A stretch of 64,000 nt of DNA from the IMG/VR virus record IMGVR_UViG_3300013006_000018. One strand, 5' to 3'. This document shows positions 49,878 through 59,780 of the stretch, in pieces. A program made the translations under genes and the position numbers. The DNA comes from a virus. Under the pieces are notes generated by a model, which was not told the origin of the DNA, ran no database searches, and saw only the letters and a program-made list of their open reading frames with translations. The first letter of the stretch is position 1; every line of letters starts with the position of its first letter.

Positions 49878-50691
49878 ATATTTTTTGTTTATAATTCATA
49901 TTATCATGAATATCAGTAACATCGAATCTATCCTTATGATTTAATGTAAGAATATTAAAAATTAACTCTTCTGAAGGTATGACATTATCAAGCATAAACT
50001 TTTTATATAGATCCCAGTACGGATTATAGAATTCATTTAATACGTCCTTATGCCCGCCCCAGAAGAATCCAAATATACATTTATTGAGATCAATACTGTT
50101 ATTAACAACAGAATAATTGTCTATATTGAATCTCCATAATTGCGATATGTTAGGCCCACCGAGTCTATAGATTAGAAATTTATTCTTCGAGAGTCTACTT
50201 GCTAAATTCTCAGAAAACATCTCACTATTTTCTTGTGTATTCAAATCACAGAGCATCCCAGCTGTAAATTGGCAATCAGCCCAGACAAAGTACTCTGAAT
50301 TAAACGGGTTCCGTTCCATAGCATCCTTTATCAAGTAATACTTCATTAAAACTAAAGGTGCATAATGCATTAGTAAGTTTATAATACCATTCTTATAAAC
50401 TTCCGGTTCTTTATATTTCTCAAGAAAGAGATCTTTCTCTATTAATTTTTCCATTAAAAGTTCTTTCGTCCAAGGGATACTCACAAAATTTGATTCATTT
50501 CTATTATCGGGAATATACACATCTGTAAAGGAATTGTATGAAACGAGTGGAAGGTAAGTATCTAAATTTTTTCTATAACCGCTCTCATATATAGAAAAGT
50601 CTCGTCTGAAAAGAGGATGCTCAATTTTATCCCTATCCAAATTTGTACAGCAGGTGACGTATGTAACTTTATGAGTCATATCTACGGCCAA
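49843..50691 (-). CDS. HtrL/YibB(WlaTC)-like glycosyltransferase
   Basis: TYVTC, NPFNSEYFVWAD, GFFWGG, SEE. Confidence 0.72.
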   Translation of the reverse strand: MAVDMTHKVTYVTCCTNLDRDKIEHPLFRRDFSIYESGYRKNLDTYLPLVSYNSFTDVYIPDNRNESNFVSIPWTKELLMEKLIEKDLFLEKYKEPEVYKNGIINLLMHYAPLVLMKYYLIKDAMERNPFNSEYFVWADCQFTAGMLCDLNTQENSEMFSENLASRLSKNKFLIYRLGGPNISQLWRFNIDNYSVVNNSIDLNKCIFGFFWGGHKDVLNEFYNPYWDLYKKFMLDNVIPSEELIFNILTLNHKDRFDVTDIHDNMNYKQKIFENVTNPGFQR

Positions 50692-51436
50692 ACTTCACGT
50701 TGTTCACTTCATAGTATTTATCTGTATAGACTGGAATGTGATAGAAAGGGTCATTTAAATTTTTTGCGTGGCCTAGATGGACTGGGCCTTTGTTAGTTTT
50801 TGTATACCACGCTTGCTTGTTTTTTATACGCATCAATGCTTCGTCATCTTCTGCACCCCAGGTTAGAAATTGCTCATTAAACCCGCCTACGTCTTTTAAG
50901 GCTTTTGTACCACAAATAAAGAAGCCGCCCATGGTTCCAAAGCCGGCGCTGTGTCTATAGTTGAAGTTACCATTAAGAACATTAGATTCTATATCTTCAA
51001 ACTTCTCATTGTTTAGATTAAAATCTATAAATTGATACCTCTTTTCTAATGCAATATCTATCAATTGGTATGTAAAGACAGCGTTCTGTTCATAAGACGC
51101 GACAACATCTTCCTTGAACTCATTATAATAGCTTTTATGAAAGTAACAATCCGAATCAATAATAGCAAATACGTCTGTATCGTTTTCAGTATGGTTTAAT
51201 GCATAGTTAATCTTTTTGCTTCTTTGATAGTATTGCTCATTTAACGGGATGTGAATCGAATCGTCAATATTTTTGTTGACAGAGAAATCGAACAAAAAGC
51301 ATTTTGAAGGTATGCCGTTACTATTTAAAAAAGAAACAAGATCTTTACTTCTGTTCCAACAAAATTTGGTATTTTCTAGGCGTACGGGATCACCGTTATC
51401 CCAGAACAGCATGTTGAGAGAAAATGAGGGAGCCAC
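50669..51436 (-). CDS. GT2/GT7-like (galactosyltransferase C-terminal motif) glycosyltransferase
   Basis: IDSDC; GGFNEQFLTWGAEDDE. Confidence 0.8.
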   Translation of the reverse strand: MAPSFSLNMLFWDNGDPVRLENTKFCWNRSKDLVSFLNSNGIPSKCFLFDFSVNKNIDDSIHIPLNEQYYQRSKKINYALNHTENDTDVFAIIDSDCYFHKSYYNEFKEDVVASYEQNAVFTYQLIDIALEKRYQFIDFNLNNEKFEDIESNVLNGNFNYRHSAGFGTMGGFFICGTKALKDVGGFNEQFLTWGAEDDEALMRIKNKQAWYTKTNKGPVHLGHAKNLNDPFYHIPVYTDKYYEVNNVKFGRRYDS

Positions 51437-51440
51437 TCTT

Positions 51441-52694
51441 TCAGCTTACTACATTAGCAAGAGCCCCTGTAATAGGATCTTGCCAACCTTTTGAAATACT
51501 ATGAGGCCAAACAATCCAGCTAGACGGCGTTACTTCCGTATTAAATTCACGCCACACTTTGCAATACTTATCCGGGTCGTTAAACATACGCTCGATCTCT
51601 TCCTTATCAGCATCTTTCCTATACAAGTCATTACCATCTTTATCCTTAAACGCTACACACCAGAAATCGTAATCCTTGTGAGGTACCTTATCATATCCCA
51701 CATCAATGCAATGCTTGAATATCCGGAGGAAGGACTTTTCCCAGTCTGCTTCGGAAGCGTAATTATACGGGTTAGGAGCGAGTTCATTATCTATAGTATA
51801 TTTTTGAACTGCTCTCTTCTTAAAGTGTAAGCCGGCATACCTTTCGTAATCACGTAGTGTGCGCTTCTTACCGAAGCCATACTTACTAAAGTCAGCATCT
51901 CTTTTTTCACCATCCATTTCAAACAGTTTTCTATTACGTAAATGGCATCTATTATTTTTTTCAACCCAGTTCTTATCATCATCCCACTGCTTGGTACGGC
52001 CCTTACGAGTATATTCATGCCATATAACAACACGATGAGGATGAAACAAATCATAACCATGGGTATAAGCACGAACTGCAATACTTATTTCCTCTCCGTG
52101 AAAGTAATATTCCGGATCGTGGGGTACTTCTTTGCAGAACTTACCTAATGTAAAGCAAAAATGAGCAGAGTAAAATCTCGCTGGAATTGGCTCATTTCTT
52201 TGTTGAAAATCATCTATAGATGCAGGTAGGAAGAAAACAGCTCCTTCAGGAATAAACCTATCAAAATTCATCTTCCAAGGTATCTGAATACGCGCAGCAG
52301 GGTCATTATCCGGATCAAAACTAGGAATATAACCGGTTAAAAGAGGCTTCTTATGTCCCTTCTTTTTTAGTTGCTTAATCATCTTAATTAAAATATCATC
52401 CCAATCCTGTACAAAGCGGTGATGGCTATCTAGCTGTAAAGTATAATCTTCATCTTTATAATACTGTTGAATCATATTACGAGCCCAGCAGGTGCCTTGG
52501 CTCTTTTCAAAGGGTACATCTAAAAAGATAAATCTCTCATCATCCTTAAACTTACTAATATCATCTTTATCATCGTGCTGCCAGCAAACACAAATCTTTA
52601 ATTCATCCGGGAATTTAGCTTTTGCTACTAAATCTGTGAGGGTAGGAATTAACTGAGGGTCTCTATAAGAGGCTATCTGTACAAATATCGACAT
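51441..52694 (-). CDS. GT60-like polypeptide/hydroxyproline alpha-GlcNAc transferase
   Basis: IFVQIASYRD, G.CWAR, LQLDSHHRF..WD, VPHDP..YFHGEE...R.YTHGYD..HP. Confidence 0.85.
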   Translation of the reverse strand: MSIFVQIASYRDPQLIPTLTDLVAKAKFPDELKICVCWQHDDKDDISKFKDDERFIFLDVPFEKSQGTCWARNMIQQYYKDEDYTLQLDSHHRFVQDWDDILIKMIKQLKKKGHKKPLLTGYIPSFDPDNDPAARIQIPWKMNFDRFIPEGAVFFLPASIDDFQQRNEPIPARFYSAHFCFTLGKFCKEVPHDPEYYFHGEEISIAVRAYTHGYDLFHPHRVVIWHEYTRKGRTKQWDDDKNWVEKNNRCHLRNRKLFEMDGEKRDADFSKYGFGKKRTLRDYERYAGLHFKKRAVQKYTIDNELAPNPYNYASEADWEKSFLRIFKHCIDVGYDKVPHKDYDFWCVAFKDKDGNDLYRKDADKEEIERMFNDPDKYCKVWREFNTEVTPSSWIVWPHSISKGWQDPITGALANVVS

Positions 52695-52735
52695 ATGTTT
52701 ATTTTATGATACGCGATTTAAATATCCATCACAGG

Positions 52736-53173
52736 TTAAGCAGTAGCATTAAATGCTTTGCTAAATGTGGTTACTGCATCTACTTCCTTACTTACACTAG
52801 TATAGGATTCATAATCACCGTAAGGGTCATCCTGCGTAGCGATCGCTGCTGTGGGCGTTTTCTTAATTTTTTCGTTTATAAGACAAAAGAGTTGATTTGT
52901 CGTAACATCTGCAAATGCTCTATTAATAAAATCCTTGATTTGAGCCACAGTAACTTTACCCTTAAGCTCTGTAAAGGGATCCGCATAGAGTCCAAATACA
53001 AAATGTGGTAAATATTTCATAGTAATAAGAGCACAGTCTTTAATAACATGGTATGCGGCCGGGTTTAGGATTTGAACGCCTGTGTCGGGTGCTGTACTTG
53101 CTTTAGTAGCTGGGTTATAAAGTTTTGCCTCTTTCGCCTTACTATTTTGTACGATGATTTCTTCAAACGTCAT
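52736..53173 (-). CDS. hypothetical protein
   Basis: 145-aa ORF coupled to the nuclease gene. Confidence 0.7.
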   Translation of the reverse strand: MTFEEIIVQNSKAKEAKLYNPATKASTAPDTGVQILNPAAYHVIKDCALITMKYLPHFVFGLYADPFTELKGKVTVAQIKDFINRAFADVTTNQLFCLINEKIKKTPTAAIATQDDPYGDYESYTSVSKEVDAVTTFSKAFNATA

Positions 53174-53910
53174 ACGAGTAACTTATCTACCTCATTCTTT
53201 ATTTCACGGTAAGCATCTTGTTGCCTATAGTTATCTAGAATCTTTTTTGCTTCTGACTTTAAGTAAGGGATAGGGTATAATGTAAAATCTCGTTCATCCC
53301 TGTCGTAGTATATTACGCCAAACTGAGAAGGTTTGAGACCTGTCATATTCGCATACATAAATGCATATATAGACACTTGCAGACTGTATATGTTATATTC
53401 ACAATCTGTGAGATGCTGTACAGGTGGTTTTAGAAACTTACCGTATATACTTGTAAGATTAAATTTTTTGTTTGTCTTAAAATCGTACAAAGAGAATAGA
53501 CCCCTATCCTCATTCTTTATAACATCCGCGGTGCCTGCGACTTTATATTCATGGCAAAACAGCTTATGTTCATAAAGGCAATCATCACAATTTTTAAATA
53601 GACCCAGGCTGTTGAGGGATTTTACTATAGCTGCTTGTTCCGTATCATTCTTATCGTATACGCCATTCTTATTGTAGTCTTCTATGATCTTATGTATTCG
53701 GGTGCCAAATTCCTTACTTTCATTATTATTCTTTTTCCATTTGTCCTTAATATCCTGAATGGCGACACCCTCTCTATGTGCTACACGAGCAGCATTCTTT
53801 TCTAAATCAAAAGCTTCTTTATATCGACTAAGAAGAGTCGTTGTTGAAATATACATTTCATTAGTTTTAGAATGCCGATAGGTATGCGCCTGTTCGTCGA
53901 AGATTAACAT
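53170..53910 (-). CDS. PD-(D/E)XK (Cas4/RecB-like) exonuclease
   Basis: FDEQAHTY, GTRIH, E..L, AGTADVI, YDFKT, LQVSIY. Confidence 0.85.
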   Translation of the reverse strand: MLIFDEQAHTYRHSKTNEMYISTTTLLSRYKEAFDLEKNAARVAHREGVAIQDIKDKWKKNNNESKEFGTRIHKIIEDYNKNGVYDKNDTEQAAIVKSLNSLGLFKNCDDCLYEHKLFCHEYKVAGTADVIKNEDRGLFSLYDFKTNKKFNLTSIYGKFLKPPVQHLTDCEYNIYSLQVSIYAFMYANMTGLKPSQFGVIYYDRDERDFTLYPIPYLKSEAKKILDNYRQQDAYREIKNEVDKLLV

Positions 53911-53940
53911 TCAATTATTATATGAAATGAATTTAACTAT

Positions 53941-54144
53941 TCAAGAGATAACATAAACGCACGTGAACGTCCAACCTAATGTCGTTTTGTGAATAAGAGA
54001 GCAACCCATCTTCGTAAGCCTGTTGTTTAATACTTCGTACCATTGTTCGTCGATATTAAGAATAATAGAATTTCGCTTACTGTCGATTAAGATATCGTCA
54101 GTAAACTCTTCGCATACTGCAAGGCAGTTGCTTGCTAGCTTCAT
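53941..54144 (-). CDS. hypothetical protein
   Basis: 67-aa ORF in a minus-strand run. Confidence 0.55.
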   Translation of the reverse strand: MKLASNCLAVCEEFTDDILIDSKRNSIILNIDEQWYEVLNNRLTKMGCSLIHKTTLGWTFTCVYVIS

Positions 54145-54152
54145 GTAAATAT

Positions 54153-54380
54153 TTAGTCATTTTCATCACAATCTTCATCATTTTCTTTTACATCTTCTAT
54201 ATTTAGGTCAGTTTCTATTTGGACGTTAGACTGTTGTGTACCAAGGCGTAACAAAGATAATAAAATATCGATTTCACTACCTTTAAGGTAAAGTATACCT
54301 ACATCTTTTTTGTTTATAAAAACAGAAACATGTGAAGAATCGCCAACCTGAGTTACAGCCTTCAATTCAACTAAATTCAT
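54153..54380 (-). CDS. hypothetical protein
   Basis: 75-aa ORF. Confidence 0.6.
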   Translation of the reverse strand: MNLVELKAVTQVGDSSHVSVFINKKDVGILYLKGSEIDILLSLLRLGTQQSNVQIETDLNIEDVKENDEDCDEND

Positions 54381-54550
54381 TTATTTTTTTGTTCTGCACT
54401 CTGCAATATAACAATAAGCTTATTAAATACGGTACCTACTGGGATAAACTCATTAGCTCTAAAAACACCTCTCGTAGAGCAAGTATCTATTAAGCCGGCT
54501 AAGAGCTTAATATCTTCTAAGGTTAAAGACGTCGATATTTCTTGTTCCAT
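54377..54550 (-). CDS. hypothetical 57-aa protein MEQEISTSLTLEDIKLLAGLIDTCSTRGVFRANEFIPVGTVFNKL... (not in ORF track)
   Basis: TAAATA-N6-ATG; stop overlaps the next start (ATGA). Confidence 0.7.
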   Translation of the reverse strand: MEQEISTSLTLEDIKLLAGLIDTCSTRGVFRANEFIPVGTVFNKLIVILQSAEQKNK

Positions 54551-54576
54551 ATCTCTTATTTATTTATCCTGTTATC

Positions 54577-54780
54577 TTATTCAAGAAAGCCTTTTTCATT
54601 GTCGTAGACAACACCGTCTTCAGAATTTAAAATTTGACTAATATCCTCTTCATACAAATCGATTATATCTAAAGCTTTCTTATGTGCATCATAAACACTA
54701 TCGGCATTTATGTTTACTTTCTTTTCTTCTTTTCCAGACAATTGATTGCTGACTATTGCTGTATATTTTTCTATGAACAT
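54577..54780 (-). CDS. hypothetical protein
   Basis: TTGATT-16-TAAAAT-N6-ATG. Confidence 0.65.
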   Translation of the reverse strand: MFIEKYTAIVSNQLSGKEEKKVNINADSVYDAHKKALDIIDLYEEDISQILNSEDGVVYDNEKGFLE

Positions 54781-54824
54781 ATATCTATTTTATAAAATAA
54801 AAATCTGAAATCAATGGAACTATA

Positions 54825-55154
54825 CTAGTTATATTTATGGTCAATAAAAGACTTGTAGAGGTACGCTATGGCTGGGTATGTTAATGCGGTGAGAAAAGCG
54901 TACAGCATAGTTATATCGAGAAGTCTTGATGTAATAAAACCTACAGCTAAAGATGTCCAGAATGAAAAGCAAATATAACATGACGAAAGCTTACCAAGCC
55001 ATTTATTTCTTACTAGCAGATATGTATCAAACTGTTCGTTCATATAGATTTGCGGTGAGATGAAGCCGCCTATTGTTGCCTTGAGGGGACCATAGAACCA
55101 TATTAAGAGAACCGTGAGAGTAATGAGAAGCCCTAGTATATAAATCTCTAACAT
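54825..55154 (-). CDS. membrane protein with CxxC (DUF1360-like)
   Basis: Three hydrophobic segments; L.SCYICFSFW. Confidence 0.65.
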   Translation of the reverse strand: MLEIYILGLLITLTVLLIWFYGPLKATIGGFISPQIYMNEQFDTYLLVRNKWLGKLSSCYICFSFWTSLAVGFITSRLLDITMLYAFLTALTYPAIAYLYKSFIDHKYN

Positions 55155-55156
55155 AT

Positions 55157-55378
55157 TTACGCTTGCGGGTTTGGAGGTGTGTTAGCTTTTGACAGTTCCT
55201 TCCAAATAGCTTCTATATATCTTGACTTTAAATTGGCCTTTGCACAGCTACTGCAACCTGTTGTAGTTAGATTTGTCAATTCGTCATTATACTTCTTACG
55301 TATTTCTTCACACATAGGAATATCGCTTGGACAAGGCTTACTGCTATCAAAGAATGTATCTATAAGCTGCGTATTCAT
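55157..55378 (-). CDS. small 4-Cys protein, paralogue of 62553..62768
   Basis: FF....PCP..I..C..IR..Y....GCSSC....K..Y. Confidence 0.75.
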   Translation of the reverse strand: MNTQLIDTFFDSSKPCPSDIPMCEEIRKKYNDELTNLTTTGCSSCAKANLKSRYIEAIWKELSKANTPPNPQA

Positions 55379-56049
55379 GTAAAGTTATTTATATCGGCTA
55401 GAGCTAAAAGACCACTGTGTTTACCATATTGTAGATCAAAGACAATATTCTTGTTACTGTAGTGATTACAAAGCTTTAGTAGTCGTTTGTCCAGATTAAT
55501 GCTTGTTGTTTGTTTATAAATTTCAAAATCAAAGATGTTACTTACCCAAAAGTATATATCGTCCTGTACTACAGGAAGCACTTCAAAATTTTTAATTAGA
55601 TCAAGATGTATAAATTCTTTTTCGACTTCCAGAAATTTATCCCATGCCTTTAAGAATAATTTTTTTGATTGAAACCAGGTCTTGATCGTAGTATCTAATT
55701 TTTGGTCATAATATGATAAGTCTAGAGAGTTAACATCGGTCTTAAAGATTGAGTCATAATATATGTTTTTAAAACCACGCACTACACCAGACATGTTACA
55801 GCCTTTAAAATTAGCGATAAAATATTTATAAAATTCTAGTTGTGTAAGACTAATATCAAAGAAGAACATCTTCTTAAAATTTTGACCTTCAGAAATTTTA
55901 ACTGGCTTAAAGCCACAAGAAGGGCCAATAAAAATATTATATTTCTTAGTTGTAGAATACACAGGTTCAGAATTAAAAACTCTCGCATAGTCGTTTAATT
56001 TAAGAAGCTGAATAGAATAAGGCGCAGTTTTATATTTCTCTAAATTCAT
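55375..56049 (-). CDS. hypothetical protein
   Basis: 224-aa ORF coupled to the radical SAM gene. Confidence 0.65.
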   Translation of the reverse strand: MNLEKYKTAPYSIQLLKLNDYARVFNSEPVYSTTKKYNIFIGPSCGFKPVKISEGQNFKKMFFFDISLTQLEFYKYFIANFKGCNMSGVVRGFKNIYYDSIFKTDVNSLDLSYYDQKLDTTIKTWFQSKKLFLKAWDKFLEVEKEFIHLDLIKNFEVLPVVQDDIYFWVSNIFDFEIYKQTTSINLDKRLLKLCNHYSNKNIVFDLQYGKHSGLLALADINNFT

Positions 56050-57344
56050 ACTTTCCCATTAAAATTCATATAGCTATTTACCATATGCTTAAAATCACTC
56101 AAATCACTCTTAATAATGCTATCTAACCATTTCTCGGTAAAATACATATTGTCTTTTCTTTTCGTTAGCTCATCATTAAAGACATTTATATTTAAATTAT
56201 GTAGTCTAGATAACTCTGAAAGAAAATTATATTTCTCCGGAGACATTGCTCTTAGTTTGTCCAATACATTCATATCTTGTGTCTCGATCCTGCGCTTATG
56301 TGTCTTTTTAAAGAAGTCTATGACATCCATAAGCGAGTTGTAATTTTCGTTTTTTGGTAGAAATTTATTTATAATAGAAATATTTGTCTCGTAGAAATCG
56401 GTAATACTTTTTAGTTCCCTAGCTCCTAACGCCTCTATAGATAATTCGTTGGGGTTATTAACATGATGAAAGTAAATCTTTGCATCATGCTTGTTAGCAA
56501 AGATTATTAAATTGATTAAATCCGTAGCATTTGTAGTGCAGATAACAGAAGAAATATAAAAGTTCTTCTTTCTCTTTGTCAGGACAGTGTTAAATTTTTT
56601 ACAATTCTCGCTGACAATTGCAAAAGAAGCATTTTTTCTAATTTCTTCATAGACTTGTTTGGTGCCGCCATCTATCGATACACTCAAATTAATGTTAAGC
56701 TTATTAAGGATTTGCTCGGTCTTATTTGAAAAAACAGTTCCGTTAGTTTGAATATAAAGCTCTGCAGTAGACTTGTTCTTTAATAGAATATCAAATATTT
56801 TGTCATAAATAGAGATTAAGAATGGTTCTCCGCCAAAGAAGTTTATTTGTTTAGCATTTAAAACAAAAGGTGTTATTTCGTTTATAAAGCTTTCAGTATT
56901 ATATGGAGAATTATAGGCAGGCATTTTTTCCCTATTTTTTCTTATAGAAGAAGAAAATTTACCGCTACACATGATACATTCTAGATTGCATTTATTATCT
57001 AATTCTAAATCTAGCTTATAAGGATATTTCAAGTCCCTATAATCTCCTTCCATATCGTACTGCGGTATTTTAAGTAATTTAAATTTCTCTAGATTTAAAA
57101 AATATTCACATGCAAAACATCCTTTCTTAAAAGAGAAGCTATCGACTTCTTTTCTTATGCTCTTGTATTTTTCACCATTCCAAATCTCTTCTAACGTTTG
57201 TTCAGGGTATCTTCCAACCTCATAATACCTATTCGCGCAGCATACCGTTGCAGCACCATTATGACCGAGGTATAAGTTTGTATGTGGGGCGTGACAGAGT
57301 GTACCAATACTCTTTCTTCTAGAAAGAAACTCAGTCTTAGTCAT
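56046..57344 (-). CDS. radical SAM enzyme with N-terminal SPASM/twitch domain
   Basis: CNLECIMC, GGEPF, TNGT, SIDG; N-terminal C.AP..G..CC...IWNG..C..C. Confidence 0.9.
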   Translation of the reverse strand: MTKTEFLSRRKSIGTLCHAPHTNLYLGHNGAATVCCANRYYEVGRYPEQTLEEIWNGEKYKSIRKEVDSFSFKKGCFACEYFLNLEKFKLLKIPQYDMEGDYRDLKYPYKLDLELDNKCNLECIMCSGKFSSSIRKNREKMPAYNSPYNTESFINEITPFVLNAKQINFFGGEPFLISIYDKIFDILLKNKSTAELYIQTNGTVFSNKTEQILNKLNINLSVSIDGGTKQVYEEIRKNASFAIVSENCKKFNTVLTKRKKNFYISSVICTTNATDLINLIIFANKHDAKIYFHHVNNPNELSIEALGARELKSITDFYETNISIINKFLPKNENYNSLMDVIDFFKKTHKRRIETQDMNVLDKLRAMSPEKYNFLSELSRLHNLNINVFNDELTKRKDNMYFTEKWLDSIIKSDLSDFKHMVNSYMNFNGKV

Positions 57345-57888
57345 TGACTTTAAAACTCAAGGAAAGTGAAATTTTTGATGAGTTAGAAAAATTGTATACT
57401 GAATGCATTTTAAAAAGATCAAAAATAATATAATCACCTGGGGTTTTTATTGTTTTATATTCATTCTCTGTTTCGTACAAGCAATAGTTATCAAGTTCGT
57501 TCAAAAGAACATGAAAAATATGAAAATTATCTTTTTCATGTTTATGTCTAGGAAAGTAAGATTGGTTATTTAAAATACAGAAGTTGACTGTGTAAATTTG
57601 AAATTTTTCACTAATATTAGATTGTATGCAGGATAGTGTCAGGGGATAAGTTTTTGCTGTTTTTTGTGTGAGGAGATCCGTATTATCGAATATGGGAATT
57701 GAGACCCACGGTATTGTATTCTTCTCGTTACTATTAAACACAGCAACATCATCTTTACCATTGTTCTTATAATAGTACTTTACAAATAACGACGAGTCAT
57801 TTTTTACAAATTCATCTAAGAAAACTGCATGTTGTGATTGTATTTCTTTTAGGAAAGGAAAATCTTCAACAGAATAGAAACAACTCAT
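57337..57888 (-). CDS. Asp/Asn beta-hydroxylase-like 2OG-Fe(II)/cupin oxygenase
   Basis: FPRHKH ... FD...HSVYN. Confidence 0.7.
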   Translation of the reverse strand: MSCFYSVEDFPFLKEIQSQHAVFLDEFVKNDSSLFVKYYYKNNGKDDVAVFNSNEKNTIPWVSIPIFDNTDLLTQKTAKTYPLTLSCIQSNISEKFQIYTVNFCILNNQSYFPRHKHEKDNFHIFHVLLNELDNYCLYETENEYKTIKTPGDYIIFDLFKMHSVYNFSNSSKISLSLSFKVND

Positions 57889-57890
57889 TA

Positions 57891-58361
57891 TTATAAGAGG
57901 TTTGTTTTATCGACTGCTTTAAAAAAACGGTTAGCCTGTACGAGCGACTTTATATTCGGAATTTTTTCTAATTTTAGTCTAAAAATTGTACCTTCTTGAA
58001 ATGGAGAATTTTCGTGCGCGATTTTTACTGTCGCATTTGCATAAAAGATGTCTTTTTCCATTAAATCCTTAATCTTTATCTTGGTCTGAAATGCGTCTTT
58101 TTCATCACAGCTACATGTATTTGTACTGTATAGATAGTTGTCAATAATTTTAAAAGCTAGTTTAAAGTTATCTTTCTTCTGACTAAACGTTTTAACTTTT
58201 TTATTTTCTATTAAACAATAGCAATACTTGTTTTCCATATGCTTCTTCTCACTTCTTACGTCACATGTGCTCGGGTCTATAATTTTCTTGACTTTACAAG
58301 TGTCTACATCAATCATGGTAATCTTAAAAAAGACACAGTTTACTTTAATATTGTTTTTCAT
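57891..58361 (-). CDS. hypothetical Cys-containing protein
   Basis: 156-aa ORF in the operon. Confidence 0.55.
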   Translation of the reverse strand: MKNNIKVNCVFFKITMIDVDTCKVKKIIDPSTCDVRSEKKHMENKYCYCLIENKKVKTFSQKKDNFKLAFKIIDNYLYSTNTCSCDEKDAFQTKIKIKDLMEKDIFYANATVKIAHENSPFQEGTIFRLKLEKIPNIKSLVQANRFFKAVDKTNLL

Positions 58362-58365
58362 TTCG

Positions 58366-59202
58366 TCAGTATAGATTTTTTTCTAATTTAGTTGTAAATT
58401 TATGATAGTTTTCGTATCTCTCTTTTGCAACTATAGTTCGGTTACAGTTAATATCTTCTTTTTTATTTGGATTGTAGTTTAAGAGTATCTCGGGGGTCAT
58501 TTCAAGTTCTTCCAACCCATTCTGTGTCTGTTGGTAAATAAATAATTTTTCCGACTTAGGTATAATCCCTAGTCCGATGGCTATTCTCATATTATGATTT
58601 ACAGGTGTTGAGACAGAGCCATGTACTACACGTGGATACATTGTAATAACATCACCTGCATCTAGGGGCAGTAATATTTTTGATCTCTTTAAAAGCTCCT
58701 CCTTATAGTTGTTGAGCCTTAAAGTGAAATCTATACCCCGTATGAAGTTTAAGAGTGTTTTATGGGTCTCAGGTACTACATACAGCGGCGCGGTTTTTTC
58801 ATCGAGGTCATCCAGAGCGAACCATACAGTAAGAGATGATGTTTCCAGAGACTCTCTTACCAGAGAAATATCTTGATGTACCTTACACTCATTGTCGCCA
58901 CCCGGGTATTTAACAATATAATTACCTACTGAAATTTTATAATCTGAAAAGTTACTCTCTATAAATGGGGTAAGGCTTTTTAATAAAAATTGGTATACAT
59001 CACGTTTATAGTCAAGATTTTCACTCATAGCCGTGTTAACGTGAGTTATGTTTTTATCAATATATTTTTGTAGATTAGAGCTTTTAAAGGTTGATAGGTA
59101 ATATTGTTTTAAATCTGCTAATACTGTTTTTGATATACTATTTTTTAGTATAACAAACCCGTCGTCCAATAAACACTTATTAAGTTTTTTATCTAGTAGC
59201 AT
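58366..59202 (-). CDS. phytanoyl-CoA dioxygenase (PhyH)-like 2OG-Fe(II) oxygenase
   Basis: DGFVIL, HQD, TVWFALDD, L.VVP.TH, AGD...HGS, R. Confidence 0.85.
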   Translation of the reverse strand: MLLDKKLNKCLLDDGFVILKNSISKTVLADLKQYYLSTFKSSNLQKYIDKNITHVNTAMSENLDYKRDVYQFLLKSLTPFIESNFSDYKISVGNYIVKYPGGDNECKVHQDISLVRESLETSSLTVWFALDDLDEKTAPLYVVPETHKTLLNFIRGIDFTLRLNNYKEELLKRSKILLPLDAGDVITMYPRVVHGSVSTPVNHNMRIAIGLGIIPKSEKLFIYQQTQNGLEELEMTPEILLNYNPNKKEDINCNRTIVAKERYENYHKFTTKLEKNLY

Positions 59203-59228
59203 AATATTATTAAATTATAAATAATTAT

Positions 59229-59780
59229 GTGAATTACTTAGATTTCAATGCGTTTGCTTGTCCATATATCTATATAAGTACAAGATATTATTGTAATAGG
59301 GGGTTGACATACTTTGAGAATTCTGATACAAGCTTTGAGTTATCTAGATATATTCTAACTAAGAAGGATTATGTAGGTAATACTTATTTTGACTACGAAA
59401 TGAAATCACTTGTACCGTCTAATGTTGAAGGTGGCGGAGATAGCAGCTTTCGTCTAATGCATATTCCAGAGAAGAAAATACTTTTAACCATTGAACAAGG
59501 TATAATTATAGAAGATTCTATTTTAGCGGATTTAGAAAGTAACGAGGAATATATAAATATTGTCCTAACTAACAGTGGTGCTTTTATAACAGGGGAACTC
59601 CAGCAATGCGGTGTAGGTATTTATAAAGTTAAATATACATACAAGAACAATGAAGCCGTAACTGACGACAACTCTATTAATTGTGAAAGTCGAATATTTT
59701 TATCAGATACCAATATTGAACCGGCTTTTGATAGCGAAGGCTATATTCTTCCTGCATCTAATTTAGCAAGCCCGATTTAA
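59229..59780 (+). CDS. hypothetical late protein
   Basis: TAAATA-N5-GTG, 183 aa. Confidence 0.65.
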   Translation: MNYLDFNAFACPYIYISTRYYCNRGLTYFENSDTSFELSRYILTKKDYVGNTYFDYEMKSLVPSNVEGGGDSSFRLMHIPEKKILLTIEQGIIIEDSILADLESNEEYINIVLTNSGAFITGELQQCGVGIYKVKYTYKNNEAVTDDNSINCESRIFLSDTNIEPAFDSEGYILPASNLASPI

